Shown here piece after piece: positions 42,088 through 51,895 of a stretch of 64,000 nucleotides of DNA. A program made the position numbers and the translations under genes. Under the pieces are notes generated by a model. That model had not been told where the DNA came from, searched no databases, and worked only from the letters and a program-made list of their open reading frames with translations. The stretch's first letter is position 1, and each line of letters opens with the position of its first letter. This DNA comes from Candidatus Fervidifonticultor secundus (GTDB lineage: Bacteria; Sysuimicrobiota; Sysuimicrobiia; Sysuimicrobiales; Humicultoraceae), in the NCBI GenBank assembly GCA_031459385.1, contig JAVKIP010000003.1:32001-96000 (forward strand), in the 5' to 3' direction.

Positions 42088-43262
42088 CGGTCCACGTCCC
42101 CCAGCACCGGGTCCACGGTGGCGATGACCACCACGATGTCGGCCATGGAGTGGCCCCGCAGCAGCACCGGCAGCGCCTGGAGGTTGTTGAACGACGCCGA
42201 GCGCACCCGCACCCGCGCCGGCCGGTTGCTGCCGTCGCTGACCAGGTAGTAGCCCTTCTCGCCGCGCGGCGACTCCACCGCGTGGTACACTTCGCCCGCC
42301 GGCGGGTGCAGGCCCTCGCTCACCAGCTTGAACTGGTGGATCACCGCCTCCATGCTCGACACCAGTTCCCCGCGCGGCGGCAGGGCGACCTTGCGGTCGT
42401 CGACGATCCAGGGCCCGTCGGGCAGCCGGTCGAGCGCCTGGAGGATGATGCGGCGCGACTGCCGCATCTCCTCCATCCGCAGCCGGTACCGCTCGAACGA
42501 ATCGCCGCTGGTGCCCACCGGGACGTCGAACGCGTACTGCTCGTAGCCACTGTACGGGAACGCCTTGCGGACGTCGTAGGGGACGCCCGACCCCCGCAGC
42601 AGCGGGCCCGTGCAGCCGAAGCGCACCGCATCCTCCGCCGACAGCACTCCTATGCCCTCGGTGCGCCTGCGCCAGATCAGGTTGTCGGTCAGCATCGCCT
42701 CGAGGTCGTCCAGGTGCCTGGGCAGGGCAGCCAGGAACCGGCGCACGCGGGGGACGAAGCCCTCCGGCAGGTCCCACGCCAGGCCGCCGATGCGCATGTA
42801 GCCGTGCATCATCCGCTGGCCGGAGACCATCTCGAAGATGTCCAGGATGTCTTCCCGCGCCTGGAAGCAGTAGAAGAAGCCGCTGGTGACGTTGAGCTCC
42901 AGCACGCTGGTCCCCAACCACACCAGGTGGCTGGCGATGCGCGACAGCTCCATGAGGATCACGCGGGCCACCTGCGCGCGCTCGGGCGGGGTGAGGTCCA
43001 TCAGCTTCTCCACCGCCAGCACGTAGGCACACTCCTCGATGAACGTCGCCAGGTACTCGATGCGCGCCGGGAAGACGATGTTCTGGTGATAGGTACGATG
43101 CTCCATCGTCTTCTCGAACCCGGTGTGGAGGTAGCCGATCACCGGCCGGCAGCCCACGATGGCCTCGCCCTCGAGGTCGAGCAGCACCCGCAGCACCCCG
43201 TGGGTCGCCGGGTGCTGCGGCCCCACGTTGATCGTCAGCGCCTGGGTCCGGAGTTCTGTCAC
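42084..43262 (-). CDS. nuoD: NADH-quinone oxidoreductase subunit D
   Basis: NVGPQHPATHGVLR, GYLHTGFEK, ESPRGE, and the DPVLGDVDR end. Confidence 0.96.
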   Translation of the reverse strand: MTELRTQALTINVGPQHPATHGVLRVLLDLEGEAIVGCRPVIGYLHTGFEKTMEHRTYHQNIVFPARIEYLATFIEECAYVLAVEKLMDLTPPERAQVARVILMELSRIASHLVWLGTSVLELNVTSGFFYCFQAREDILDIFEMVSGQRMMHGYMRIGGLAWDLPEGFVPRVRRFLAALPRHLDDLEAMLTDNLIWRRRTEGIGVLSAEDAVRFGCTGPLLRGSGVPYDVRKAFPYSGYEQYAFDVPVGTSGDSFERYRLRMEEMRQSRRIILQALDRLPDGPWIVDDRKVALPPRGELVSSMEAVIHQFKLVSEGLHPPAGEVYHAVESPRGEKGYYLVSDGSNRPARVRVRSASFNNLQALPVLLRGHSMADIVVVIATVDPVLGDVDR

Positions 43263-43327
43263 GCCTCGCTCACCCACCCGTGTCCCTCCGTGCCCGCCCT
43301 GCGGGTGCCCGGGACACACCCGCGACG

Positions 43328-43852
43328 CTAGCGCCGCGGCGGCGATGTCGGAATGATCTGGCTGGGGACGTTCGGGACGTGCCCGATGAACTCCACCGGC
43401 TCCTCGGTCAGCGGGAAGTCCTTGCGCAGCGGGTGCCCCTCCCAGTCGTCCGGCAGCAGGATCCGCGAGAGGTTCGGGTGGCCCTCGAAGCGGATCCCGA
43501 ACAGATCGTAGACTTCACGCTCCAGCCAGTCGGCGCCGGGCCACAGCCCGGTAACGCTGCCGATCACCGGGCGGTCGGCCGGCAGGCGTGCCTTCACGCG
43601 CAGGCGCACCGGTGGCTGCAGGCCTGTCAGCAGGTAGACGACCTCGAACCGCGGCTCCGTCGGATGCCGGTCGACCGCCGTCAGGTCGGTGAGCATCCAG
43701 GGTCCACCGGGCGCGGCGCGCACCGCTTCCAGCGCCTCGCGCACCCGGTCCGCGGGCACGACCACCGTGACCTCGCCCCGGAACTCGACGCGCTCGAGGG
43801 CACCGTCGCCCAGGTGCGCCTGCACCCGGGCCACCAGCGCCTGGGGCTCCAT
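43328..43852 (-). CDS. nuoC: NADH-quinone oxidoreductase subunit C
   Basis: [31 protein letters not shown]. Confidence 0.95.
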   Translation of the reverse strand: MEPQALVARVQAHLGDGALERVEFRGEVTVVVPADRVREALEAVRAAPGGPWMLTDLTAVDRHPTEPRFEVVYLLTGLQPPVRLRVKARLPADRPVIGSVTGLWPGADWLEREVYDLFGIRFEGHPNLSRILLPDDWEGHPLRKDFPLTEEPVEFIGHVPNVPSQIIPTSPPRR

Positions 43853-44346
43853 CAGCGGCGGCCTCCGCCGGCGGCGATCTTCTCGCGAAGCTTGAGCACG
43901 CCGTAGAGCAGGGCTTCGGGGCGCGGCGGGCACCCGGCGACGTAGACATCGACGGGGACGATCTTGTCGACGCCCTGGACCAGCGCGTAGTTGTTGAAGA
44001 CGCCCCCGCACGAGGCGCAGTCGCCCATGGCGATGACCCACTTCGGCTCCAGCATCTGGTCGTAGATGTGCCGCAGGACGGGCGCCATCTTCTGCGAGAC
44101 GCGGCCCGAGACGATCAGCAGATCGGCCTGGCGGGGGGAGGCGCGGAACACCTCGCTGCCGAAACGGGCGATGTCGAAGCGTGCGGCGGTGCTGGCCATC
44201 ATCTCGATCGCGCAGCACGCCAGCCCGAACTGCGCGGGCCAGATGCTGCCCGAGCGCGCCCACGCCACCATCTTCTCCACGGTGGTGGTCAGCAGACGCC
44301 GCTCGAACGCGCGAGCCTCGGCGGACTCGCGCGCGGTCACTGCCAT
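43852..44346 (-). CDS. nuoB: NADH-quinone oxidoreductase subunit B
   Basis: [29 protein letters not shown]. Confidence 0.96.
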   Translation of the reverse strand: MAVTARESAEARAFERRLLTTTVEKMVAWARSGSIWPAQFGLACCAIEMMASTAARFDIARFGSEVFRASPRQADLLIVSGRVSQKMAPVLRHIYDQMLEPKWVIAMGDCASCGGVFNNYALVQGVDKIVPVDVYVAGCPPRPEALLYGVLKLREKIAAGGGRR

Positions 44347-44699
44347 TCCAGGGCCTGCCGCTTCCAGGCGTAGAGGAGCCCGATGCCCAGCACGCCGACG
44401 AACACCAGCATCTCCACCAGCCCGAAGGTCCCCAGCCGCCGGAAGACCACCGCCCACGGGAACAGGAAGACGATCTCGAGGTCGAAGAGGATGAACAGCA
44501 TGGCGATCACGTAGTAGCGGATCGGCACGCGTTCCCGTGAGGTCCCCATGGCCCACATGCCCGATTCGTAGGCCTCGACCTTCGGCGGCGTGGGCCGGCT
44601 GCCGCCCAGGAGGGCGTGGGCGGCGAGCAACGCGCCCGTGAGGCCCACGACCAACACCAGATGCACCAGAATGGGGAGGTAGTCGACCAGCACCGTCAT
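44337..44699 (-). CDS. nuoA: NADH-quinone oxidoreductase subunit A
   Basis: [18 protein letters not shown], and the ALEW end. Confidence 0.94.
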   Translation of the reverse strand: MTVLVDYLPILVHLVLVVGLTGALLAAHALLGGSRPTPPKVEAYESGMWAMGTSRERVPIRYYVIAMLFILFDLEIVFLFPWAVVFRRLGTFGLVEMLVFVGVLGIGLLYAWKRQALEWQ

Positions 44700-44811
44700 C
44701 GTCGGCCCGAAGCCTCGTCCCGACTGCGTCGCAGGCCATCCCTCATCATCGCAGAGTTCCCAGGGAGCGTCAACACGCACGCCAGGACGGCGCGCGCCGG
44801 CGCGCGGGCGT

Positions 44812-45984
44812 TCACCGGCCGCGCGCGGCCACGGCTCGCACCGATGCCAGGACGCGTGGCAGGATCTCGAGCACCGCGTCCACGTCCGCCTCGGTGCTCC
44901 AGCGGCCGAGCGAGAACCGCAGGGTGCCCGCCGCGTAGGCCTCGGGCACGCCCAGCGCCGCGATGACGTGCGAGGGTTCCAGGCTGCCCGAGGTGCACGC
45001 CGAGCCCGACGAGGCGGCGATCCCCTCCAGGTCGAGGGCCAGCAGCAGCGACTCGCTGTCGGCGTCGGCGAAGGAGACGTTCACGATGCCAGGCAGCCGC
45101 CGGGTGGGGTGGCCGTTGAGCCGGGCGCCCGGGAGCGCGGCGAGGCCGGCCGCCAGACGGTCGCGCAGCGCGCCGATCCGCGCCGCCTCTTGCGCCATCT
45201 CGGCCTGCGCCAGGGTCGCCGCCACGCCGAACCCCACGATCGCCGGCGTGTTCTCGGTGCCGCCGCGGCGCCCGCGCTCCTGGCTGCCGCCGTGGAGCAG
45301 GGGCGTCAGCGTCACGCCGCTGCGGATGTAGAGGGCGCCGATGCCCTTGGGCCCGTACCGCTTGTGCGCCGACAGCGAGAGCAGGTCGATCCCCAGGGCC
45401 CGCACGTCGATCGGCACGATGCCGGCGCTCTGGGTCGCGTCGGTGTGGCAAAGGACGCCCGCCTCGCGGGCGATAGCCGCCACCTCCGCGACCGGCCCCA
45501 GCGTGCCGATCTCGTTGTTGCCGTGCATGATCGAGATCAGCACCGTCTCGGGCCGCAGCGCCCGGCGGACGTCGGCCGGATCCACCAGGCCGTGCCCGTC
45601 CACCGGCAGGATCGTGACGGCCACGCCCCGCTCGGCCAGCCAGCGGCACGGCTCGAGTACCGCGTGGTGCTCCGTCGCCGCGGTGATGACGTGCGCCGCT
45701 CCCCGAGGGCTGGCCCAGACGGCGCCCAGGATCGCGGCGTTGTTGGCTTCCGTGGCCCCGGAAGTGAAGACGATCTCGCCGGGCCGGGCGCCGATCAGGC
45801 GGGCCACCGCCGCGCGGGCTTCGTCGACGGCGGCCCGCGCGGCCTGGCCGAACTGGTGCACGCTTCCGGCATTGCCGAACCGCTGGCTGAAGTACGGTTG
45901 CATGGCCGCCACGACCCGGGGATCGGTGGGCGTGGTGGCCGCGTAGTCGAGGTAGCCCCTGGCTGGCGGGTGCACCGACGTCAT
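44812..45984 (-). CDS. iscS: Cysteine desulfurase (IscS/NifS group I)
   Basis: YLDYAATTP, FTSGATEANN, SAHK (PLP lysine) and the catalytic SSGSACTS. Confidence 0.9.
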   Translation of the reverse strand: MTSVHPPARGYLDYAATTPTDPRVVAAMQPYFSQRFGNAGSVHQFGQAARAAVDEARAAVARLIGARPGEIVFTSGATEANNAAILGAVWASPRGAAHVITAATEHHAVLEPCRWLAERGVAVTILPVDGHGLVDPADVRRALRPETVLISIMHGNNEIGTLGPVAEVAAIAREAGVLCHTDATQSAGIVPIDVRALGIDLLSLSAHKRYGPKGIGALYIRSGVTLTPLLHGGSQERGRRGGTENTPAIVGFGVAATLAQAEMAQEAARIGALRDRLAAGLAALPGARLNGHPTRRLPGIVNVSFADADSESLLLALDLEGIAASSGSACTSGSLEPSHVIAALGVPEAYAAGTLRFSLGRWSTEADVDAVLEILPRVLASVRAVAARGR

Positions 45985-46057
45985 CCTGGTCAGAGTATAG
46001 CGCACGGGCCTTCCGGCAGAGCAGCCCGCACGCGCGGGACCGGGCGCCGGGCCGGGG

Positions 46058-46567
46058 CTAGGGCGCCGGCACCACGCCCAGATCGTCCAGGTAGCCCAGG
46101 ACCTCGTCCGGCCGCTGGATGTCGTGCCCCATCTGGAGGAACCGGACCGGTCCCACGCTGGCGTGGATCGCGTCCAGGTGGATACGCCGGTCGTCCACGT
46201 AGAGGATCTCCTCCGGGCGCAGGGCGAGACCACGGCCGGCGAGCTCGCCCACGAGCGCGGCCACCATCCGCTCCTTGTGCGGGTGCGGTTCGACCTTCCT
46301 CAGGTCGAAGTACGGCTCAAGCCCCAGCAGCGCGAAGATCTGGGCCACCGGCTCCGGCCGGTTCCAGGAGGCGGCCGCCACCACCAGCTTCCGCGCCCGG
46401 AGGCCCGCCAGCAGCCGGCGCACGCCCGGGTACAGCGCGACGCGGACTCCGTCCTGGTCGCGCACCGCATCGTCGCCGTCCCGCTCGAAGGGCAGCCGCA
46501 GCGCGGTGACGTTGGCGTGGTTCCACAGGGTCAGATCGCAGTCGAGGATCACCAGCCGGACAGCCAC
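46058..46567 (-). CDS. Magnesium-dependent phosphatase-1 (MDP-1, HAD IIIC) family
   Basis: LVILDCDLTLW, ASWN, YVDDR. GGAGG RBS before the GTG at 46567. Confidence 0.85.
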   Translation of the reverse strand: MAVRLVILDCDLTLWNHANVTALRLPFERDGDDAVRDQDGVRVALYPGVRRLLAGLRARKLVVAAASWNRPEPVAQIFALLGLEPYFDLRKVEPHPHKERMVAALVGELAGRGLALRPEEILYVDDRRIHLDAIHASVGPVRFLQMGHDIQRPDEVLGYLDDLGVVPAP

Positions 46568-46640
46568 GACGACCTCCATCCTCTCCGACCCCCGCACGCC
46601 GCCCCGTGGCCGCCCCTCCCCCGCCCGCAGCCGGCGCAGC

Positions 46641-47246
46641 TCATGGCTCGTTGGCGGCTGGCGGTGGGGCGGCCTCGGCCACCCTGCCCTCCAGGACGTC
46701 CAGCAGGTTCCGGATGATGCGCGCCGTGAGCCCCCAGACGGTCCAGCGGCCGCAGTTGTAGTAGAGCAGGTCCACGACCCGGCCTGCGCGCACCACGCGC
46801 TCCGCGCGCACGCGGCCGGGTTCCTGGAAGATCGCCAGGGGCAGGGTCACGATCTCGTCGATCTCGTTCGGGTTGGGTCGAAGCCGGTTCGGCGGCGGGA
46901 TGGCGCCGACGAACGGCGTCACGGCGAACCCGGACACGACCGTCTCGACTTCATCCAGCCGACCCAGGATCTCCACGGTGGATGGCTCGAGGCCGATCTC
47001 TTCATAGGTTTCCCGCAGGGCGGTCTCGCGCAGCGACGCATCCCCGGGCTCCTCCCCGCCTCCCGGGAAGGAGATCTGTCCCTTGTGGTGCTCGACCGTT
47101 TCCGTCCGCTTCGTCAGGAGCAGGTACGTGGTGCCGTCCCGCTCGAACACCGGCACGAGCACGGCCGCCCGGCGCCAGGAGTGGGAGGGCAGGTCTTGCG
47201 GGCGATGCGCCCGTAGCTGCTCCCGCAGACGGGCCAGCAGGCTCAC
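46641..47246 (-). CDS. Nudix hydrolase, CoA pyrophosphatase (NudL/PCD1) family
   Basis: AAVLVP, the UPF0035 motif LLTKR...HKGQISFPGG, Nudix box TALRETYEEIGL, VWGLTA. Confidence 0.9.
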   Translation of the reverse strand: MSLLARLREQLRAHRPQDLPSHSWRRAAVLVPVFERDGTTYLLLTKRTETVEHHKGQISFPGGGEEPGDASLRETALRETYEEIGLEPSTVEILGRLDEVETVVSGFAVTPFVGAIPPPNRLRPNPNEIDEIVTLPLAIFQEPGRVRAERVVRAGRVVDLLYYNCGRWTVWGLTARIIRNLLDVLEGRVAEAAPPPAANEP

Positions 47247-47323
47247 GTGCTCGTGTTGGCTGCCAGCCCCCCGCAGTCCTTCCAGGTCGGGTGCCCGATC
47301 GAACCGGGCTGGGCCTGGTCCTC

Positions 47324-47370
47324 ATACAAAATGTTGCGAAAATTGTCGAAGAAACCACTAGATCTAGGAA
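47324..47370. promoter_or_regulatory. Tandem NrdR boxes upstream of thyX
   Basis: atacaaaatgttgcga (47324) and ccactagatctaggaa (47355) match acaCwAtATaTwGtgt and start 31 bp apart. Confidence 0.75.
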
Positions 47371-47422
47371 GGAATTCCGGCTCGGATGCGGAATACGTGC
47401 AGGCGACCCCGGGGGGAAGGCC

Positions 47423-48931
47423 ATGATACCACAGTTCGCCTCCATCGACGGCTCTCCATCGCTGCGCCACCGCGACATATACCTCCTCAGCCCCAGGCTC
47501 CTTCCCCCCGAGGTCATAGCCGTGGCCTTCGCCAAAACCTCCCGGAGCCCCAAACCCTTCCGGGAGATCGCGGCGGAGCTCACCGAGGAGTCATCGAGCG
47601 CGTTTCACGAGAAGTGGGTGCTGGGGTACGGCCACGGCTCGGTCGCGGAGCACGCCGTCCTCCACCTGGCCCTGGAGAACCTCTCGCGCCTGGCCATCGA
47701 GTGCCTGGAGAGCAACCGGCTCTGCTCCTATACGGAGAAGTCCACCCGCTACCAGATCTTCGACGCATTCTACGTCCCGCCGGCCGTCGCGGCCTCGGCC
47801 CACGCTGCGCTGTACCTCCAGACGTGCCAGCGCCTGTTCGAGACCTACCGGGCCAGCCTGGAGCCGGTGCGGCGCGTCATCGAGGCCCAATCCCCCCGGC
47901 AGGCGGAGGAGACCGACCGGGCCTACGCCGCGCGGATCCGCTCCAGGTACATCGACGTCTGCCGGTTCCTCCTGCCCTGCGCCACCCTGGCCAACGTGGG
48001 CATGACCGCCAACGCCCGGGCCCTGGAGCACGCCATCACCAAGATGCTCTCGCATCCCCTGGAAGAGGTACGGGCGATCGGCGCCGAGGTCAAGGCGGTG
48101 GCCTGCACGGAGGTGCCCACGCTGGTCAAGTACGCCGATCCCAATCCCTACCTGATCGAGACTGCGACGGCCCTGGCCGCCGTGGCCGAGGGCGAACCTG
48201 CCGACAGCGACCCCTTCGACGGCGTCGCCGCGCCCGGCGTCCGGCTGGTGCACTACGACCGCGACGCGGAGATCCGCGTCGCGGCGGCCTGCCTGTACCG
48301 CTACGGCCGGTCGTCCTACCAGCGGGCGTGGGCGCGGGCCGCGGCCATGCCGCCGCAGCAGCGCGCGGCGATCATCGAAGAAGCGCTGCGGCGGCTGCAG
48401 CGACATGACGCCCCGATCCGGGAACTCGAGCACGTGACCTACACCTTCGACATCGTCTGCGACCAGGGCGCCTACTTCGACCTGAAGCGCCACCGCATGA
48501 TGACCCAGAGCCCCCAGGCGCCCACGGTCGATCTGGGCTACGCGGTCCCTCGCGCCATCGCCGCCGCCAGCCTGGAGGGGGCATTCCGCGCGGCGCTCGA
48601 CCAGGCCACCGAGGCCTACCACCGGATCGCCCGCGACCTGCCCCACGAGGCCGCCTACCTGGTCACGAACGCCCACAACCGGCGCTTCCTGGCCACCATG
48701 AACCTGCGCGAGCTGTACAGCGTGGTCCCGCTGCGGGCGCGGGAGAGCGGACACTTCTCGTACCGGCGCATCGCGCTCCAGCTCTACGAGGCGGTCCGTG
48801 CGGTGCACCCCGGGCTGGTGGGACACGTGCGGTTCGGCTACGCGCCCCCGGCGGCGGCCGACCTCGAGGCCCAGTTCTTCACCGACGTGGCAGCCCGGCC
48901 GGGTGCCGTACCGGCGTTCCCCGTGGGCTGA
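47423..48931 (+). CDS. thyX: FAD-dependent thymidylate synthase, tandem-domain form
   Basis: GYGHGSVAEH, SYTEKSTRY, RFLLP in domain 1; RELEH, DLKRHRMMTQ, MNLREL in domain 2. Confidence 0.88.
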   Translation: MIPQFASIDGSPSLRHRDIYLLSPRLLPPEVIAVAFAKTSRSPKPFREIAAELTEESSSAFHEKWVLGYGHGSVAEHAVLHLALENLSRLAIECLESNRLCSYTEKSTRYQIFDAFYVPPAVAASAHAALYLQTCQRLFETYRASLEPVRRVIEAQSPRQAEETDRAYAARIRSRYIDVCRFLLPCATLANVGMTANARALEHAITKMLSHPLEEVRAIGAEVKAVACTEVPTLVKYADPNPYLIETATALAAVAEGEPADSDPFDGVAAPGVRLVHYDRDAEIRVAAACLYRYGRSSYQRAWARAAAMPPQQRAAIIEEALRRLQRHDAPIRELEHVTYTFDIVCDQGAYFDLKRHRMMTQSPQAPTVDLGYAVPRAIAAASLEGAFRAALDQATEAYHRIARDLPHEAAYLVTNAHNRRFLATMNLRELYSVVPLRARESGHFSYRRIALQLYEAVRAVHPGLVGHVRFGYAPPAAADLEAQFFTDVAARPGAVPAFPVG

Positions 48932-48961
48932 CCCTCAGGGAGCCGCCTCAGGCGTCGGGGA

Positions 48962-49288
48962 TCATCCGGCCGCAGCCGGGGCCAGGACGTAAGCCAGGGT
49001 GAGTTGCTCCTTGTTGCCGTGGAAGCGGTGCGGCAGCCCTGCGGGCACGAAGATCACGGAACCCGGCGCCACGGGCGCATCGCGGTCGTCCAGCCGGATC
49101 AGCCCGTGGCCCCCCACGCAGGCGTAGACCTCGTCCTGCTGGTGCGTGCCCTGCAGGTCCAGGCCGCCGGGGAGGACGCGGAGGACGCCCACGACCAGGT
49201 CCGGTCGGGTCAGCAGCCGCTGGAACTGCTGGGCCGGGCCCTCCATCGCGGCTGCGACCTGAAAGGCGTCCCAGACCTGTCCGTCCAT
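48962..49288 (-). CDS. Cupin domain protein
   Basis: HQQDEVY...G.G and PGSVIFVPAGLPHRF motifs. AGGAGGAG RBS. Confidence 0.85.
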   Translation of the reverse strand: MDGQVWDAFQVAAAMEGPAQQFQRLLTRPDLVVGVLRVLPGGLDLQGTHQQDEVYACVGGHGLIRLDDRDAPVAPGSVIFVPAGLPHRFHGNKEQLTLAYVLAPAAAG

Positions 49289-49419
49289 GGCGGGCTCCTC
49301 CTGCGTGGGGCGTCCGGCCGTGAATTCTGGCGGGCGTGGGGCGGCCCCTGCCGGCCGCAGGGATCACCGGGGTTGCCCGGAACATTCCCTGACGACCAGA
49401 CCACGCTGCGAGGTGAGGC

Positions 49420-50340
49420 ATGCGGTTCGTCACGTACGAGGCGCGGGGCGCCGCGCACCTGGGGATGCTGGAGGGGGACTACGTCTTCGCCTTCGCGCCC
49501 CTGGCGCGCCTGGCCGCCCGCACGGGCCCGCGCGCCGGCCCGCGGGCCGAGGTCCCGGACGATCTGGTGGGCTTCATCGAGCGCGGCTCGCTGGCGCAGG
49601 CCCGGGCGGCCCTGGCGCTGGGCCGACGGCTCCTCAGGGAGGGCAGGGCGCGGGACCTGGTAATGCCCCTGGCCCGCGCGCGGCTGCTCGCGCCGATCCC
49701 GCGGCCGCGCAAGAACATCTTCTGCATGGGGCGCAACTACGCCGAACACGCGAAGGAGAGCGGCAGCGAGGTCCCTCCCGTCCCCGTGTTCTTCACCAAG
49801 CCGCCCACGGCGGTGGTCGGGCCCAACGCGCCGGTGATCCACCACCGCGTGACCGAGCAGCTCGACTACGAGGTCGAGCTCACTGTCGTGATCGGCCGGC
49901 GCGGCCGCGACATCCCGGTCGAGCGGGCGCTGGACTACGTCTTCGGGTATACGATCATGAACGACATCACCGCGCGCGACCTCCAGCGCCGCCACCTGCA
50001 GTGGTTCAAGGGCAAGTCCCTGGACACGTTCGCGCCGCTGGGCCCCGTGGTGGTCCACCGGTCGCTGATCCCCGACCCCCAGCACCTGCGCCTGCGGTTG
50101 CGCGTCAACGGCGAGGAGCGCCAGCACGCCTCGACCCGCAGCATGGTCTTCTCGGTGGCGCGGTTGATCTCGGCGCTCTCGGCCGGCATGACGCTCGAGC
50201 CGGGGGACCTGCTGGCCACCGGTACGCCCGAGGGGGTGGCGATGGGCCGCACCCCGCCACCCTGGCTGAAGCCGGGTGACGTCGTGGAGGCCGAGATCGA
50301 GGGGATCGGCGTCCTGCGGAACCCGATCGTCGCGCCCTGA
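49420..50340 (+). CDS. Fumarylacetoacetate hydrolase family protein
   Basis: CMGRNYAEH, FTK, LDYEVEL, NDITARDLQ, GKSLDTF, TGTPEGV. Confidence 0.93.
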   Translation: MRFVTYEARGAAHLGMLEGDYVFAFAPLARLAARTGPRAGPRAEVPDDLVGFIERGSLAQARAALALGRRLLREGRARDLVMPLARARLLAPIPRPRKNIFCMGRNYAEHAKESGSEVPPVPVFFTKPPTAVVGPNAPVIHHRVTEQLDYEVELTVVIGRRGRDIPVERALDYVFGYTIMNDITARDLQRRHLQWFKGKSLDTFAPLGPVVVHRSLIPDPQHLRLRLRVNGEERQHASTRSMVFSVARLISALSAGMTLEPGDLLATGTPEGVAMGRTPPPWLKPGDVVEAEIEGIGVLRNPIVAP

Positions 50341-50445
50341 CCCGACGGCGGCGTGACACGTTCGATACATGGGTACGGTAGGAACAGGCCTGCCGGCCCG
50401 CGCCCGGGCGGCGCGGGCGGCCATCGCCATCGACGGAGGGAGCGT

Positions 50446-50874
50446 ATGAGGTCCAGGCTCGTGTGGATCGTGCTGCTGGCTGGTGTGGTGACGCTGGGGG
50501 CGCCGGCGCGCACCCCGGCCCAGACGCGGTCGCCCAAGGTCTACGAGATCACGATGACCTCGTTCAGGTTCGAGCCCGACCAGATCCGCGTCACCGAGGG
50601 CGATACGGTCGTCCTGCGGCTGCGCAACGCGGATACCGAGCGGCGCTTCGCCCACGACATCGCCTCGCGCTACTTCGTCGGCGTGCCCCTCACCGTGCGC
50701 GGCACCGCCCGCCTGGGCGAGGAGGAAGGACGCAGGTTCGTCCGGCTCGACTTCGGCCAGAGCGCAGAGGTGGAGTTCGTGGCCCAGAACCCGGGCTCGT
50801 ACGCCTTCATCTGCAGCGTCTTCATCCATTCGTGGGCGGGCATGACGGGCGCGCTGTTCGTGGAGCGGCGATAG
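50446..50874 (+). CDS. Secreted cupredoxin (type-1 Cu, Met axial ligand)
   Basis: Signal peptide, FRFEPDQIRV..GDTV, AHD, and YAFICSVFIHSWAGMTG. Confidence 0.85.
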   Translation: MRSRLVWIVLLAGVVTLGAPARTPAQTRSPKVYEITMTSFRFEPDQIRVTEGDTVVLRLRNADTERRFAHDIASRYFVGVPLTVRGTARLGEEEGRRFVRLDFGQSAEVEFVAQNPGSYAFICSVFIHSWAGMTGALFVERR

Positions 50875-50935
50875 GCATCCGCCGACAGCCGTCCCGCCAG
50901 GCCGCGGGAGACGCGCCTGCACAGGAGGAGGAGCC

Positions 50936-51312
50936 ATGCACGCACGGGCCCCGCGCAGACCCTCACAAAGCGTACCATCGAGGTGGTGATGACCTCGTAC
51001 AAGTACGAGCCGAACCAGCTCCGCCTGGTAGACGGCGAGATCGTCGTGCTCCGCCTGCGGAACGCCGACGCCTTCGGCCGGACGCACAACTTCGCCTCCG
51101 CGTTCCTCGTGAACATCCCGCTGGTGGTGCGGGGCGACGGCCTGGAGGGCACCAGTGAAGGGCGCAGGTTCGTCTCGGTGGAGGCCGGAAAGACGGCCGA
51201 GGTGGAGTTTACCGTCCGGGGTCGGGGGTCGTACGCGTTCCTGTGCACGCTCTTCGACCACGCGTTCCGGGGACAGACGGGCATCCTGATCGTCCAGGCC
51301 CCCCCGCCCTGA
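50936..51312 (+). pseudogene. Second cupredoxin (Gln axial ligand), with its start out of frame and no signal peptide h-region
   Basis: The strong AGGAGGAGGAG RBS and ATG 50936 are out of frame with the cupredoxin body (50983..51312: THNF, CTLFDHAFRGQTG). An intact short form from GTG 50983 cannot be excluded. Confidence 0.6.
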
Positions 51313-51346
51313 CCGGCCTGTGCGCTGGCAGCCCGCTGGCCGCGCG

Positions 51347-51733
51347 CTACCCGTCCAGGTCGCGGGCGTAGCGGATGAGCAGGGGGCGGTCGCGGCTCGC
51401 CCGCCCGGCGCACAGCCTGCGGCGCCCGCGCACAATCTCGAACTGCACGCCCTGCACGTGGCGCAGCACGTGGAAGATGGCGCCGGCGGCCAGCTGGACT
51501 TCCGCCTGCAGGAGCTCACGGGTGAACGCCGCGCCGTTGGTCGGCTTGAAGGTGGCCGACTCCCACACCAGGTCCACGGCGCGCCCGTCCTCGATCATCC
51601 GGCTGCTGTGCACGGTCCCCTTGCCCAGGATGTTCTCGGCCAGGGTGCGGGCGATGGTCGCCTGCTCGTCGCCACGCGCCGCGGCGGCGGCGAGCAGCGC
51701 GAGGACCGTGGCAGCCACGAGGAAACGAGCCAT
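51347..51733 (-). CDS. Hypothetical secreted protein
   Basis: Signal peptide MARFLVAATVLALLAAAAARG followed by a globular-looking 128-aa sequence. Confidence 0.65.
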   Translation of the reverse strand: MARFLVAATVLALLAAAAARGDEQATIARTLAENILGKGTVHSSRMIEDGRAVDLVWESATFKPTNGAAFTRELLQAEVQLAAGAIFHVLRHVQGVQFEIVRGRRRLCAGRASRDRPLLIRYARDLDG

Positions 51734-51895
51734 AGCCCGGCATTCGCCGTGCGACCGGGGGCTCCTGCTGTCGGGCCGGCCGCCCGGGGCGCCGCGCCGC
51801 CGGCTGATGGTGGGGAGGGAACGTGGGCGCAACGTGGTAGTGTTCAGGCGATCCTGCTCCGGTGTCGTACCAGTTGGACGGGAGGAGGGAGCGCG

